From a virus (Duplodnaviria > Caudoviricetes), in IMG/VR virus record IMGVR_UViG_3300047279_000056, positions 1-26,794 of that record: 26,794 bases of DNA. One strand, given 5' to 3'. A model generated the notes under the pieces. The model searched no databases. It saw only the letters and a list, made by a program, of their open reading frames with translations, and had not been told where the DNA came from. Each line of letters begins with the position of its first letter. The first letter of the stretch is position 1. Shown here one piece after another: positions 10,101-17,220 of this stretch. The position numbers and the translations under genes are program-made.

Positions 10101-11090
10101 TATAACGGATGGACATTTGGTAACGGATTAGAGTCAGACAGAATAAAGGATGACTTTAACGCTCCTGAATTAGATCTTTCACCTAGAGTAAATGCCTATA
10201 TAGAGGACTACAAGCAGATGGAAAGTCCGAACGCTATATGTTATAGTGGATCATACGGAGAATACACTAGCTTAAACAGATTGAATGAATTTAATCTATC
10301 AAATGCTAACTTTAAGTATCTTGATAGTGAGTTCGGATCTATCCAAAAATTATACGCTAGAGATACAGACCTAGTTGTATTTCAAGAGAACAAGGTATCG
10401 AAAGTACTATACGGCAAGAACTTAATGTTCGATGCAGCAGGAGGATCAACTGTAACCTCTATCCCTGAAGTGTTAGGCACGCAAATAGCATATCCTAGTG
10501 AGTGGGGAATTAGTAAAAACCCTGAGTCATTCGCTGAATGGGCTGGTGATGTTTATTTCACTGACGCTAGGAGAGGGTCAGTACTACAGATGAGAGGGTC
10601 AGTACTACAGACGAGCGAGGATCAAATAATCCCTATATCAGCAGAAGGAATGACTGACTACTTTAGAGATTTAATGAGAGACGCTCCTAATAGTCAGAAG
10701 CTCGGAGGGTTTGATCCTTACACTAGAAAGTACAATCTATCTGCCAATAACATCAGTGTAAGTAAATGTAACTTGACACTAAGTAGGAACTCTTTAACTG
10801 TCCCTAAGTTATCAGGTGGTGGCGCATTAGCAGAACTATTCACAATCATAACGGATTCGTCGTGGTCAATTTCGTTAGTAAACCTAGGGTTTGGCACTAG
10901 TTGGCTAACAGGATATACTACATCAGGATATGGCACACAAGACATAATAGGACTTGTAGCTGCCAATAATACGTCAGTAGTAAGAAGAGTTAAGGTGGTT
11001 GTTACATACTGCACTAGTTTAACGGCAGAGTTTATATTAACTCAAGCTAGAGGGTCAAAGGGAAATGTCTTTTTAATAGTTAGAACTTAA
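7170..11090 (+). CDS. Tail nozzle/muzzle (stabilization) protein, N-terminal part, ending in a BACON-like domain
   Basis: Starts 'NSFVAGKMNKDLDERLIPDGTYRDALNI' and contains 'GNRLMYGNY', 'GNGLESDRIKDDFN' and 'GISKNPESFA...YFTDARRG', as in crAss-like stabilization proteins. The last ~95 aa match the BACON pattern. Confidence 0.82.
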   Translation: MTNITNSFVAGKMNKDLDERLIPDGTYRDALNIDVDTDEGSNVGSARNSLGNTLTGGTISATNGRTIGAVKFEPNNLLYWLVASDTFDAIFEYNEITDTTQRVLKCTKATPTTASTLNFNQQYLVTAINYINGFLYWTDGLNPPRRVNIARAKAYTVDDAKIADDLQVILAPPLNPPTIRLFNDGTQANNISEKFLSFATRYKYLDGQYSALSPLSAIAFTPKTYELDYQAGNNKAMVNKYNSVKFTFSTGSVNVTDIQLVMYDTRSLNISVVETFNKVKLALIDNVYYSSFTFSNNKTYTILTSDQITRTFDNVPLLAEAQDFVGNRLMYGNYTQFYNIADTNKNNIKIDLSLNYISTDITNGTPTQTWRSDRDYEAAIEYLDNYGRHTTALTSVGNTTYIPAIQSDTSNSLLLNIKNKPPYWATGYRVLVKQSKKDYYNIFPITYYIDGLYRYFLINESDRDKFKVGEYVIFKSDKSGVTHSNKKYKILEFANKGTSFISGIISISGLYFKIKVGSAFELDNSGEYNYTWTGIGFGRVYTNIGEDIYPAPPIGVNPFGFIDNPIYYGSGDESALTLQNNNIQSYIYAARLQVIIDSISTFYYIFNGTVYPSINISYGVPIPINSNDGLLFTNIIINNGFNIGDRWTIMSRLDADFTQRAVAIVPGQNWSPSTPEVDRAIEVGAIITLNVIKDTYNSTQQAGPQIFPPSPARYANIEEWWYETLAYNQFIYYDQSGINIGSQKGDWNTAGIAFNRGKNWAMTAGTGGSNYANAIDTGGSISSETLKYPVRILLYSCVGPNNTELDDEYEGIGNNDQSEINFSFSISQSDTPTICETVGKDNSLDVYHEATKTYSITNGFHQTTWRFKDYTAPSYASGNTNLGQLNPNGIQSGTDQQHWFEVGDIVYFKLNGIATNIPYTVTYVPNAFNIVIDKPFVAGPIIAGTVSYNVNDIDQTNYGLAGQAVLKINNPGTINSTYNGWTFGNGLESDRIKDDFNAPELDLSPRVNAYIEDYKQMESPNAICYSGSYGEYTSLNRLNEFNLSNANFKYLDSEFGSIQKLYARDTDLVVFQENKVSKVLYGKNLMFDAAGGSTVTSIPEVLGTQIAYPSEWGISKNPESFAEWAGDVYFTDARRGSVLQMRGSVLQTSEDQIIPISAEGMTDYFRDLMRDAPNSQKLGGFDPYTRKYNLSANNISVSKCNLTLSRNSLTVPKLSGGGALAELFTIITDSSWSISLVNLGFGTSWLTGYTTSGYGTQDIIGLVAANNTSVVRRVKVVVTYCTSLTAEFILTQARGSKGNVFLIVRT
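10571..10611 (+). repeat. In-frame tandem duplication, period 21 nt
   Basis: GAGAGGGTCAGTACTACAGA at 10571-10590 and 10592-10611, giving RGSVLQM-RGSVLQT. Confidence 0.95.
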
Positions 11091-11097
11091 TATACAT

Positions 11098-12939
11098 ATG
11101 AAGACGAACCAACGATATAAGATAGGAACGGACACTCCTTACGAAATAGACAACATAGAGATCGATACATCTTCAGAGATTTCGCTATTCGATTCAGAGA
11201 CTGGAGAAGGAGGGATTGGGTATATCCCTGCTGACGGAGACACAGTCTATGTAAGTTCAGGTGTATTAAACTCTGACTCTGATGTAAAGGACTTAACTCC
11301 ATCTTTGAACAATAATCTATACTACCTAGTGTCAGATCAATTATACGACGAGACACAGAAGGATACTATTATATCTTTAGCTACAGTAATATCATTGACA
11401 TTAACTACATACTTGCAAGACGATGTTCTTGATAATTTACTAGATGATGTTGACGATGAGTTAGTCGGAACATCTGTCGGAGCAGCGAGTAACAGTAGAT
11501 ATGTAGGGTCATTTGTGTTTTCAAATCCTACTGATATGCCGTACTTATATCTTGTGTGGGATCATACAGACAATATGGGTGCAGGGACGGCATCTTATAC
11601 AGGAGATGCAGCAACTAAATATATAGATATAGATTTTGGTTCAGATATAGGTAATACTGGAATAGATTATAACATCACAGGACTTACAGCTCCGTCAAGA
11701 TTTACGATGGAATGGAATGGCAATGTTTTGGCTGACACTGGATATGTAGGACTTAACTCACAGGCTAACTACGATAACTTAATTGCAGCAGGAGTGGATA
11801 CTAGCGATATAAATCTAACGGCACCTTATGATGGGCTTGTTGATAATGGCGTTGGTTCAATATTATTTAATAAATTCTCATCTGAATCATCTGCAGTACT
11901 GACTGTGTATTCACCATTAGATACTAATATTTGGGATTTAACTCAAGTAGCTGTTACCCTTACGTCGTTTTATTTGGACTCAGCAGAGGGGACTCTAGCT
12001 AATGTTTGCTCTCAAGTGGCTGATGGATTATTTTATCACGACGGATCAGGACTAGTGCCTGTAATAGGCGATAGAATCTATAGTGCAGCTGATGGTTCTG
12101 CTACATTTGACGGAACAAATACATATCACTTAATCAGTGATGTATTACAAGTAGTCCCTCCAGTTTCGGGTGGATTATTTGTCGGAGTAGATGTAAATGG
12201 ACTGTGCTATACTAGTGGTGAATGTGACTGTGCAGAGATTGCTGTACCAACAGTAACTCAGTCTGCCATTGAGATAGTTCAAGGCAAGAGTGTAAACTTA
12301 AGATTCGAAGCATCTAACAACCCTACGTCTTGGACTGTGACTACTGCTTGTAATGAGTACACATTAAACGGAGGAACTAACGGAAGCATATTCTCTATAA
12401 CTACGTGTGCTGGAGTTGTTAAAAATGTAACGATAAATATACAGACAGATACTCCTGTTTATTCTACAACATTGCCAACACTGTCATTCGGAGACGGAAC
12501 AATAACTTTAGTCGGTCCATACATTCAAAGTGTTCTACCGCAAGGATTAAACTTCAACTCTTCATCAGGGATCCTATCAGGAACTCCATCTGAGGCGTGT
12601 GAGTATACTATAAATGTAACGGCTACAAATTGTTTTGGAGATAGTTTAGATGTAGATGTAAATATAAGTGTAGACTCAGGGATACAGTTAACTCCATTCG
12701 CTATCGATGTAGAAAACTCAAGTGCTGATGGAACTACAGCTTGTGCTATAACAGCAGTATACAGTTTATTATATCATAACGGAATTGCAGCACTGCCTAC
12801 TTTGAATGATAAAATATTTACAGATTGGAAAGCAACCGAGCTATTTATGGGAGGAAGTAGATGGTATAATATCGATGGATCTACGGAATCTGTAAAAATA
12901 TGTGAAACGGGCAAGATATGTGATGTTCACACTTGCTAA
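11098..12939 (+). CDS. Nozzle-associated appendage protein (He_PIG-like Ig domain, two Cys-containing repeats)
   Basis: 613 aa, acidic and T/S/G-rich. Contains the Ig motif 'LPQGLNFNSSSGILSGTP...YTINVTATN' and two YH[DN]G...P...D.I[YF] repeats. Confidence 0.7.
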   Translation: MKTNQRYKIGTDTPYEIDNIEIDTSSEISLFDSETGEGGIGYIPADGDTVYVSSGVLNSDSDVKDLTPSLNNNLYYLVSDQLYDETQKDTIISLATVISLTLTTYLQDDVLDNLLDDVDDELVGTSVGAASNSRYVGSFVFSNPTDMPYLYLVWDHTDNMGAGTASYTGDAATKYIDIDFGSDIGNTGIDYNITGLTAPSRFTMEWNGNVLADTGYVGLNSQANYDNLIAAGVDTSDINLTAPYDGLVDNGVGSILFNKFSSESSAVLTVYSPLDTNIWDLTQVAVTLTSFYLDSAEGTLANVCSQVADGLFYHDGSGLVPVIGDRIYSAADGSATFDGTNTYHLISDVLQVVPPVSGGLFVGVDVNGLCYTSGECDCAEIAVPTVTQSAIEIVQGKSVNLRFEASNNPTSWTVTTACNEYTLNGGTNGSIFSITTCAGVVKNVTINIQTDTPVYSTTLPTLSFGDGTITLVGPYIQSVLPQGLNFNSSSGILSGTPSEACEYTINVTATNCFGDSLDVDVNISVDSGIQLTPFAIDVENSSADGTTACAITAVYSLLYHNGIAALPTLNDKIFTDWKATELFMGGSRWYNIDGSTESVKICETGKICDVHTC

Positions 12940-12942
12940 AAT

Positions 12943-12963
12943 TATAACTATCTTTGCATTATG
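12943..12963 (+). promoter_or_regulatory. Promoter/start element, repeat copy 1 (TATCTTTG four nt before ATG)
   Basis: TATAACTATCTTTGCATTATG, 19/21 identical to 13447-13467. Confidence 0.7.
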
Positions 12964-13446
12964 GGAAAAATAGATGACTACGCAACAGGGACGGCAGGGT
13001 TAACTGATAAACTGTTAGCATCAGATGGTGGTACTGGCGTTACTAAGAACTTGCTTGTTAGTGATTTAATTGATGGACTTACAACATACTTAGAGACAGA
13101 TATTTCATCTGCTGAATTATTAGCAATATTCACCACTCCAAAAACAATCTTAGCAGCACCAGGAGCAGGGATGTATTATAAATACAGAGCCATATTAGAA
13201 TATGATTACGGTACAGCTATTTACACTACATCAGGAGGTGGTGAATTATATTTAAGTCAGGGTAACGCAGATTGTTATTTTCCAAATAACGCAATAAAAC
13301 AAATATTCAACACTGCATCAGAGGGTACATTCTACGGTTTTGCAGCTATGAATACAGCTTTAATATTAACATCGCAATCAAACCCAACATTAGGAGATGG
13401 TACTTGTAAATTAAAGTTATGGTACACTATTGAAACGTTTGGGTAA
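12961..13446 (+). CDS. Short fibre/spike protein with N-terminal attachment domain
   Basis: N-terminus 'MGKIDDYATG...DKLLASDGGTGVTKNLLVSDL' resembles fibre anchoring domains. It is followed by a compact beta domain ('PKTILAAPGAG...GDGTCKLKLWY'). Confidence 0.6.
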   Translation: MGKIDDYATGTAGLTDKLLASDGGTGVTKNLLVSDLIDGLTTYLETDISSAELLAIFTTPKTILAAPGAGMYYKYRAILEYDYGTAIYTTSGGGELYLSQGNADCYFPNNAIKQIFNTASEGTFYGFAAMNTALILTSQSNPTLGDGTCKLKLWYTIETFG

Positions 13447-13467
13447 TATAACTATTTTTACATTATG
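13447..13467 (+). repeat. Promoter/start element, repeat copy 2
   Basis: TATAACTATTTTTACATTATG, starting immediately after the stop of the 161-aa gene. Confidence 0.75.
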
Positions 13468-14226
13468 CCATTTACAGGAGAGACAATTACATATTCAGAT
13501 TATTCTAAAGGGTGGACCTCATTTTGGTCCTACCTTCCTGATTGGATGATCGGTATGAATAGCTCGTTTTATACTTGGAGGAATGGTAATCTATACAAGC
13601 ATAACACCAACGCTACACGGAATCGGTTTTATTTTGATGACGTTCCTAACCAAGACGGAGGTGGTATAAACTACGAATCAAACATAACAACCGTATTTAA
13701 TTTCGATCCTGCTGCAATGAAGATGTTCAAGACGCTATCGCTAGATAGTACGCACGCTTGGAAGTCAGAACTTACTACAGACATATCTACAGGATATATG
13801 GAGTCATCGTACTTTCAAGAGAAAGAAGGGACGTGGTTTGCATATATAAGACGAGTTGACGGAACTATCGACACCAAGGCAATATCTACACAAGGAATAG
13901 GTGCCCTTGGTAGTTATAGTGCGCTCGTTCTTACGTTCACCTTCGATATAGGAACAGGCATATCTACAGGTGACAAGGTGTATAAAGTGTCAGGTGGAGC
14001 GTTGGTGTTGTTTGGAGAAGTAGCGTCACACACATCTAAAACTATAACACTAGTTTCTACAGCGGTAACTCCAGTAGCTGCCGATGTTATTGTTTATGTT
14101 AAAAACTCACAGGCTGAATCTTTTGGCGCAAGAGGGTACTATATGGATTGCAAGTTGACTACAGAAGAAACAGCTCAGGTTGAGATATTTACAGCTACAT
14201 CAAATATATTTAAATCAAATCCATAA
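13465..14226 (+). CDS. Nozzle/muzzle C-terminal portion encoded as a separate ORF
   Basis: 'TITYSDYSKGWTSFWSYLP...FYTWRNGNLYKHN...VFN...KMFKTLSL...EKEGTWFAYI...QGIG' is the segment I recognise as the C-terminus of single-chain stabilization proteins. Confidence 0.72.
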   Translation: MPFTGETITYSDYSKGWTSFWSYLPDWMIGMNSSFYTWRNGNLYKHNTNATRNRFYFDDVPNQDGGGINYESNITTVFNFDPAAMKMFKTLSLDSTHAWKSELTTDISTGYMESSYFQEKEGTWFAYIRRVDGTIDTKAISTQGIGALGSYSALVLTFTFDIGTGISTGDKVYKVSGGALVLFGEVASHTSKTITLVSTAVTPVAADVIVYVKNSQAESFGARGYYMDCKLTTEETAQVEIFTATSNIFKSNP

Positions 14227-14627
14227 TGGAAGTTAGAATGTTAAATACCGACGATTACGATCAATCGTTAAAGCCGTGGTGGGAATCTTGGGGGTGGTCA
14301 GCTCCTAGTAAGGATTTCCTACCTGAAGATGGAATAGGCGGACTAATGGTGTCGTATGAGGGGGTAGATATATGCGCTGGGTTTATTTATTTCACTAACT
14401 CGAAGGCTGCATGGATAGAGTTCGTTATATCTAATAAAGAATATAAGGGCGACAATAGAAAAGAAGCTTTGCAATTACTGATAAATTGTTTGTCAAGTGT
14501 TGCAGAAGATAAAAAATTTAAGTACATTTACACATCTTTAAAGAGCAACTCGTTGATTAAGATATACAGTGACTGCGGATTTACTAAGGGTGATAGTAAT
14601 TGTCAAGAAATGATTAAAGTATTATGA
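14226..14627 (+). CDS. GNAT-fold acetyltransferase-like protein
   Basis: 133 aa with a GNAT-like pattern (AGFIY, WIEFVISNKEYKG..R, LIKIYSDCGF), located between the nozzle and ejection genes. TAATG overlap with the upstream gene. Confidence 0.7.
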   Translation: MEVRMLNTDDYDQSLKPWWESWGWSAPSKDFLPEDGIGGLMVSYEGVDICAGFIYFTNSKAAWIEFVISNKEYKGDNRKEALQLLINCLSSVAEDKKFKYIYTSLKSNSLIKIYSDCGFTKGDSNCQEMIKVL

Positions 14628-15103
14628 AGATAAATTCGTTCTTATTAATAGATGACTTACTAGATAACGTTGACGCACATATTGCTGACGTTATGTCTAA
14701 TGATTTTATAGATGTTAACGATGGTGTCAATACTTTCAAGAACATACAAGATAGGAACACAGATGTTGTAAGCGAATCTATTTTACTTCTATTACAAGAT
14801 TTCGATGTAGCTTATAATTTTGTAAGAAAATCTCCCGAAGGTCAAGAGGAACCGAACTTCATTCACTCTGACGAGATGATGGGAGATATAACTTGTTTGT
14901 TATACTTAAACGATGGTGCTCCGAGTGAAGATGGGACAACAATATATAATGATGACGATAGTGAAGCGGTAGTATTTAAGAGTAAATTGAATCGTTTGGT
15001 AGTGTTTGATTCAAAATTAAAACACAGCAGAAATATTTTTAATAACTTTGGAAGCGAAGATAAGTCAAGACTTGTACAAGTTATCTTTTTAAATAAGAAA
15101 TAA
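14624..15103 (+). CDS. 2OG-Fe(II) oxygenase
   Basis: HxD (IHSD), LLYLN, GTT, NRLVVFD...H and distal R (SRLVQV) give a complete HxD...H...R set. Confidence 0.85.
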   Translation: MKINSFLLIDDLLDNVDAHIADVMSNDFIDVNDGVNTFKNIQDRNTDVVSESILLLLQDFDVAYNFVRKSPEGQEEPNFIHSDEMMGDITCLLYLNDGAPSEDGTTIYNDDDSEAVVFKSKLNRLVVFDSKLKHSRNIFNNFGSEDKSRLVQVIFLNKK

Positions 15104-15742
15104 ATGGCAGCAATAACAGGAGCGGTAGTAGCTTTAGCAGGTATGGGTCTTAGTATAGGTCAAGCAGTAAAGGCAGACAAAGATAAGAAAAAAGCCGAAC
15201 AAGCAGCAACCGTAGCAGCAAACAAAATGAAGAGCATTAAGGAGACTAATGCATTTAGTTCAGTCCAAGTACCTACTCTTGGATTCGATTTAGCTCAACA
15301 AGGAATAGATAGAAGTGCAATGGCAGCTCTATCGTCAGCAGAAGGTGCAGGTGCAGAAGGTGTTCTAGGTGCTTCAGGTAAAATAATGCAAGGAGTAAAA
15401 GATGCTGAGTTAGAGTTATCAGCTCAAGCTGGAGATGTTAAACTTCGTAGAGATTTAGCAGAAGCTCAGGCAGGATCTGATATTGAAGCAAGAAGAGCAG
15501 ACAGGGAGAATACAATGTATTCAGCTCAATTACAAGGAGCTCAAGCAGATATAGCTCAACAACAAGCGAACAAAAATGCTGCTATTCAATCAGCAGTAGG
15601 GTCGGCAGGAAATGCATTAAGCTCAGGAGCCGACGCTTTAGCTTTATATAAAGGCAAAAAAGGAGAAAAAATGGGAGAAGATTTACTTGATAAATCTCCA
15701 TATGCTAGTGGGTCTAGATATACAACTGGCGCATCTTATTAA
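15104..15742 (+). CDS. Putative ejection/internal virion protein (T7 gp14-like position)
   Basis: Hydrophobic Gly/Ala N-terminal helix and Ala/Gln-rich helical body; first of three genes of increasing size. Confidence 0.65.
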   Translation: MAAITGAVVALAGMGLSIGQAVKADKDKKKAEQAATVAANKMKSIKETNAFSSVQVPTLGFDLAQQGIDRSAMAALSSAEGAGAEGVLGASGKIMQGVKDAELELSAQAGDVKLRRDLAEAQAGSDIEARRADRENTMYSAQLQGAQADIAQQQANKNAAIQSAVGSAGNALSSGADALALYKGKKGEKMGEDLLDKSPYASGSRYTTGASY

Positions 15743-15758
15743 TAAAACTTAAATAATT

Positions 15759-17219
15759 ATGCCAACAGAATACGCAGGATATATACCTACAGCAAATCAG
15801 ATTGATTGGGAGTCATTAGGAGCTGGACTGTCTAGTAAAATAAAAGCTATTAGTGACGACAGAACAGCTAGAAAGGCTGAGTTGGATAAGTCTGCATTCG
15901 ATCTATCTTCAGATATTGCTAACACTGAAATGGGCGAAAGTGAGACCTTTAATAATATGCTTATAAAGGGCGTAGATAAGGGTAGGTCTCAGATTAAGAA
16001 ATGGAATGATATGCTAAAGGCAGGGCAACTTTCACCTGTTGATTACAAATTAAAGCTAGAAAGTCTTAAAGATAATTGGGGAATACTAGCTAACTCAGCT
16101 AAGTCATTCGACGCAAGATATCAATCAACTATCGCAAGACAACAAGAAGACGAGAACGGTAGAATTGCAGGGTCAACGCTAGAACTAGAGCTAGGATCTA
16201 GATATGGTCAGTTAGCTGAACTAAATGGTAAGGCTCTAGAAATAGGTGACGACGGTTCTGTGCATATGAGTAAGACTAATCCTGTCACAGGAGAGGTTGA
16301 AAATCTTATAAACTTAAGAGATATTAATCGTCCTGAGAACATACTAGACAACAGAGTTATCGTTACTGATAACGTCGCATCTCTAACTGAGAACTGGAAT
16401 CCTATAGAGTTGTTTAAGGACTTAGGAAGAGGAGGAAGTACATCAATCGAGAGTATGCGTAACCATCCTGAATTTGCTGATATGAAGGCTAAGGTTGCAC
16501 AGTCTGTAGCACCTAACAGTAATCCTAGAGCACAGTTAAGTGTACTTACTGACAATGCAGGGATGACTCCATTATTTTATTATAATGAGTCCGACAGAAA
16601 GAAAGTACTTGACGTAGCAATAAAGGACCAACAAGAGATAAATAGAATTGCAGGCAAGTCATCAGAACTATCAGCCGATCAGATTAAAGAGATTGAGTTC
16701 GGATTGGTTGAGATGAGAACTACCAATGGCAGGATCGATCCCGTACTAAGGGCAGACCAACAGAAGGCATCTCAAGACTATGTAATGAGCGAGACTGAAA
16801 TGCAGATGGGTCAAAAGATAGCAGGTCAGGCTAAACAACAGTGGGCTTCAGGTGGTGGATCGGGAAGCGGTGGCTCAGGTAATAGTACTGACCCTAATGA
16901 TTTTTCTTTATATCAACAGATTACAGAAAGTTGGGGTCAACCAGGTGGTGCTGCTGCATTAACTGCTGCATCAGGTGGTAAATTTGTATTTGCAGTTAGA
17001 CCTAACGGAGGATACGAGGTATACCCAGCAGGTGCAAAAGAAGGAACTAAGCCAACAATTATAAAAGTACAAAAAGACATGGCTCCGTATTTCTTTGGAT
17101 CAGGTACTGGTGCAAAAGGAACTACTGGAACATATCCTGAGTATGAGCGTCAGGCTAAGTTATATTGGAGTGCAAAAGGAGGAAAAGGAAATACTACTAC
17201 ACCAAAAAAATTCAATTAA
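15759..17219 (+). CDS. Putative ejection/internal virion protein (gp15-like position)
   Basis: 486 aa, helical, with a Gly/Ser linker before a small C-terminal domain; assigned by gene position. Confidence 0.55.
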   Translation: MPTEYAGYIPTANQIDWESLGAGLSSKIKAISDDRTARKAELDKSAFDLSSDIANTEMGESETFNNMLIKGVDKGRSQIKKWNDMLKAGQLSPVDYKLKLESLKDNWGILANSAKSFDARYQSTIARQQEDENGRIAGSTLELELGSRYGQLAELNGKALEIGDDGSVHMSKTNPVTGEVENLINLRDINRPENILDNRVIVTDNVASLTENWNPIELFKDLGRGGSTSIESMRNHPEFADMKAKVAQSVAPNSNPRAQLSVLTDNAGMTPLFYYNESDRKKVLDVAIKDQQEINRIAGKSSELSADQIKEIEFGLVEMRTTNGRIDPVLRADQQKASQDYVMSETEMQMGQKIAGQAKQQWASGGGSGSGGSGNSTDPNDFSLYQQITESWGQPGGAAALTAASGGKFVFAVRPNGGYEVYPAGAKEGTKPTIIKVQKDMAPYFFGSGTGAKGTTGTYPEYERQAKLYWSAKGGKGNTTTPKKFN

Positions 17220-17220
17220 A

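Noticed and set aside
6625-11475. Diversity-generating retroelement template/variable repeat pair
   Set aside because: The differences between the two segments are not confined to adenines, and there is no reverse transcriptase in the window.
17095-17220. Upstream extension of the giant ORF (track start 17095), and a possible +1 fusion to the 486-aa gene at the A7 run 17204-17210
   Set aside because: The extension overlaps the upstream gene and reads like off-frame sequence. ATG 17221 sits directly after the stop in an A-rich context, and nothing beyond a short A-run supports a fusion.
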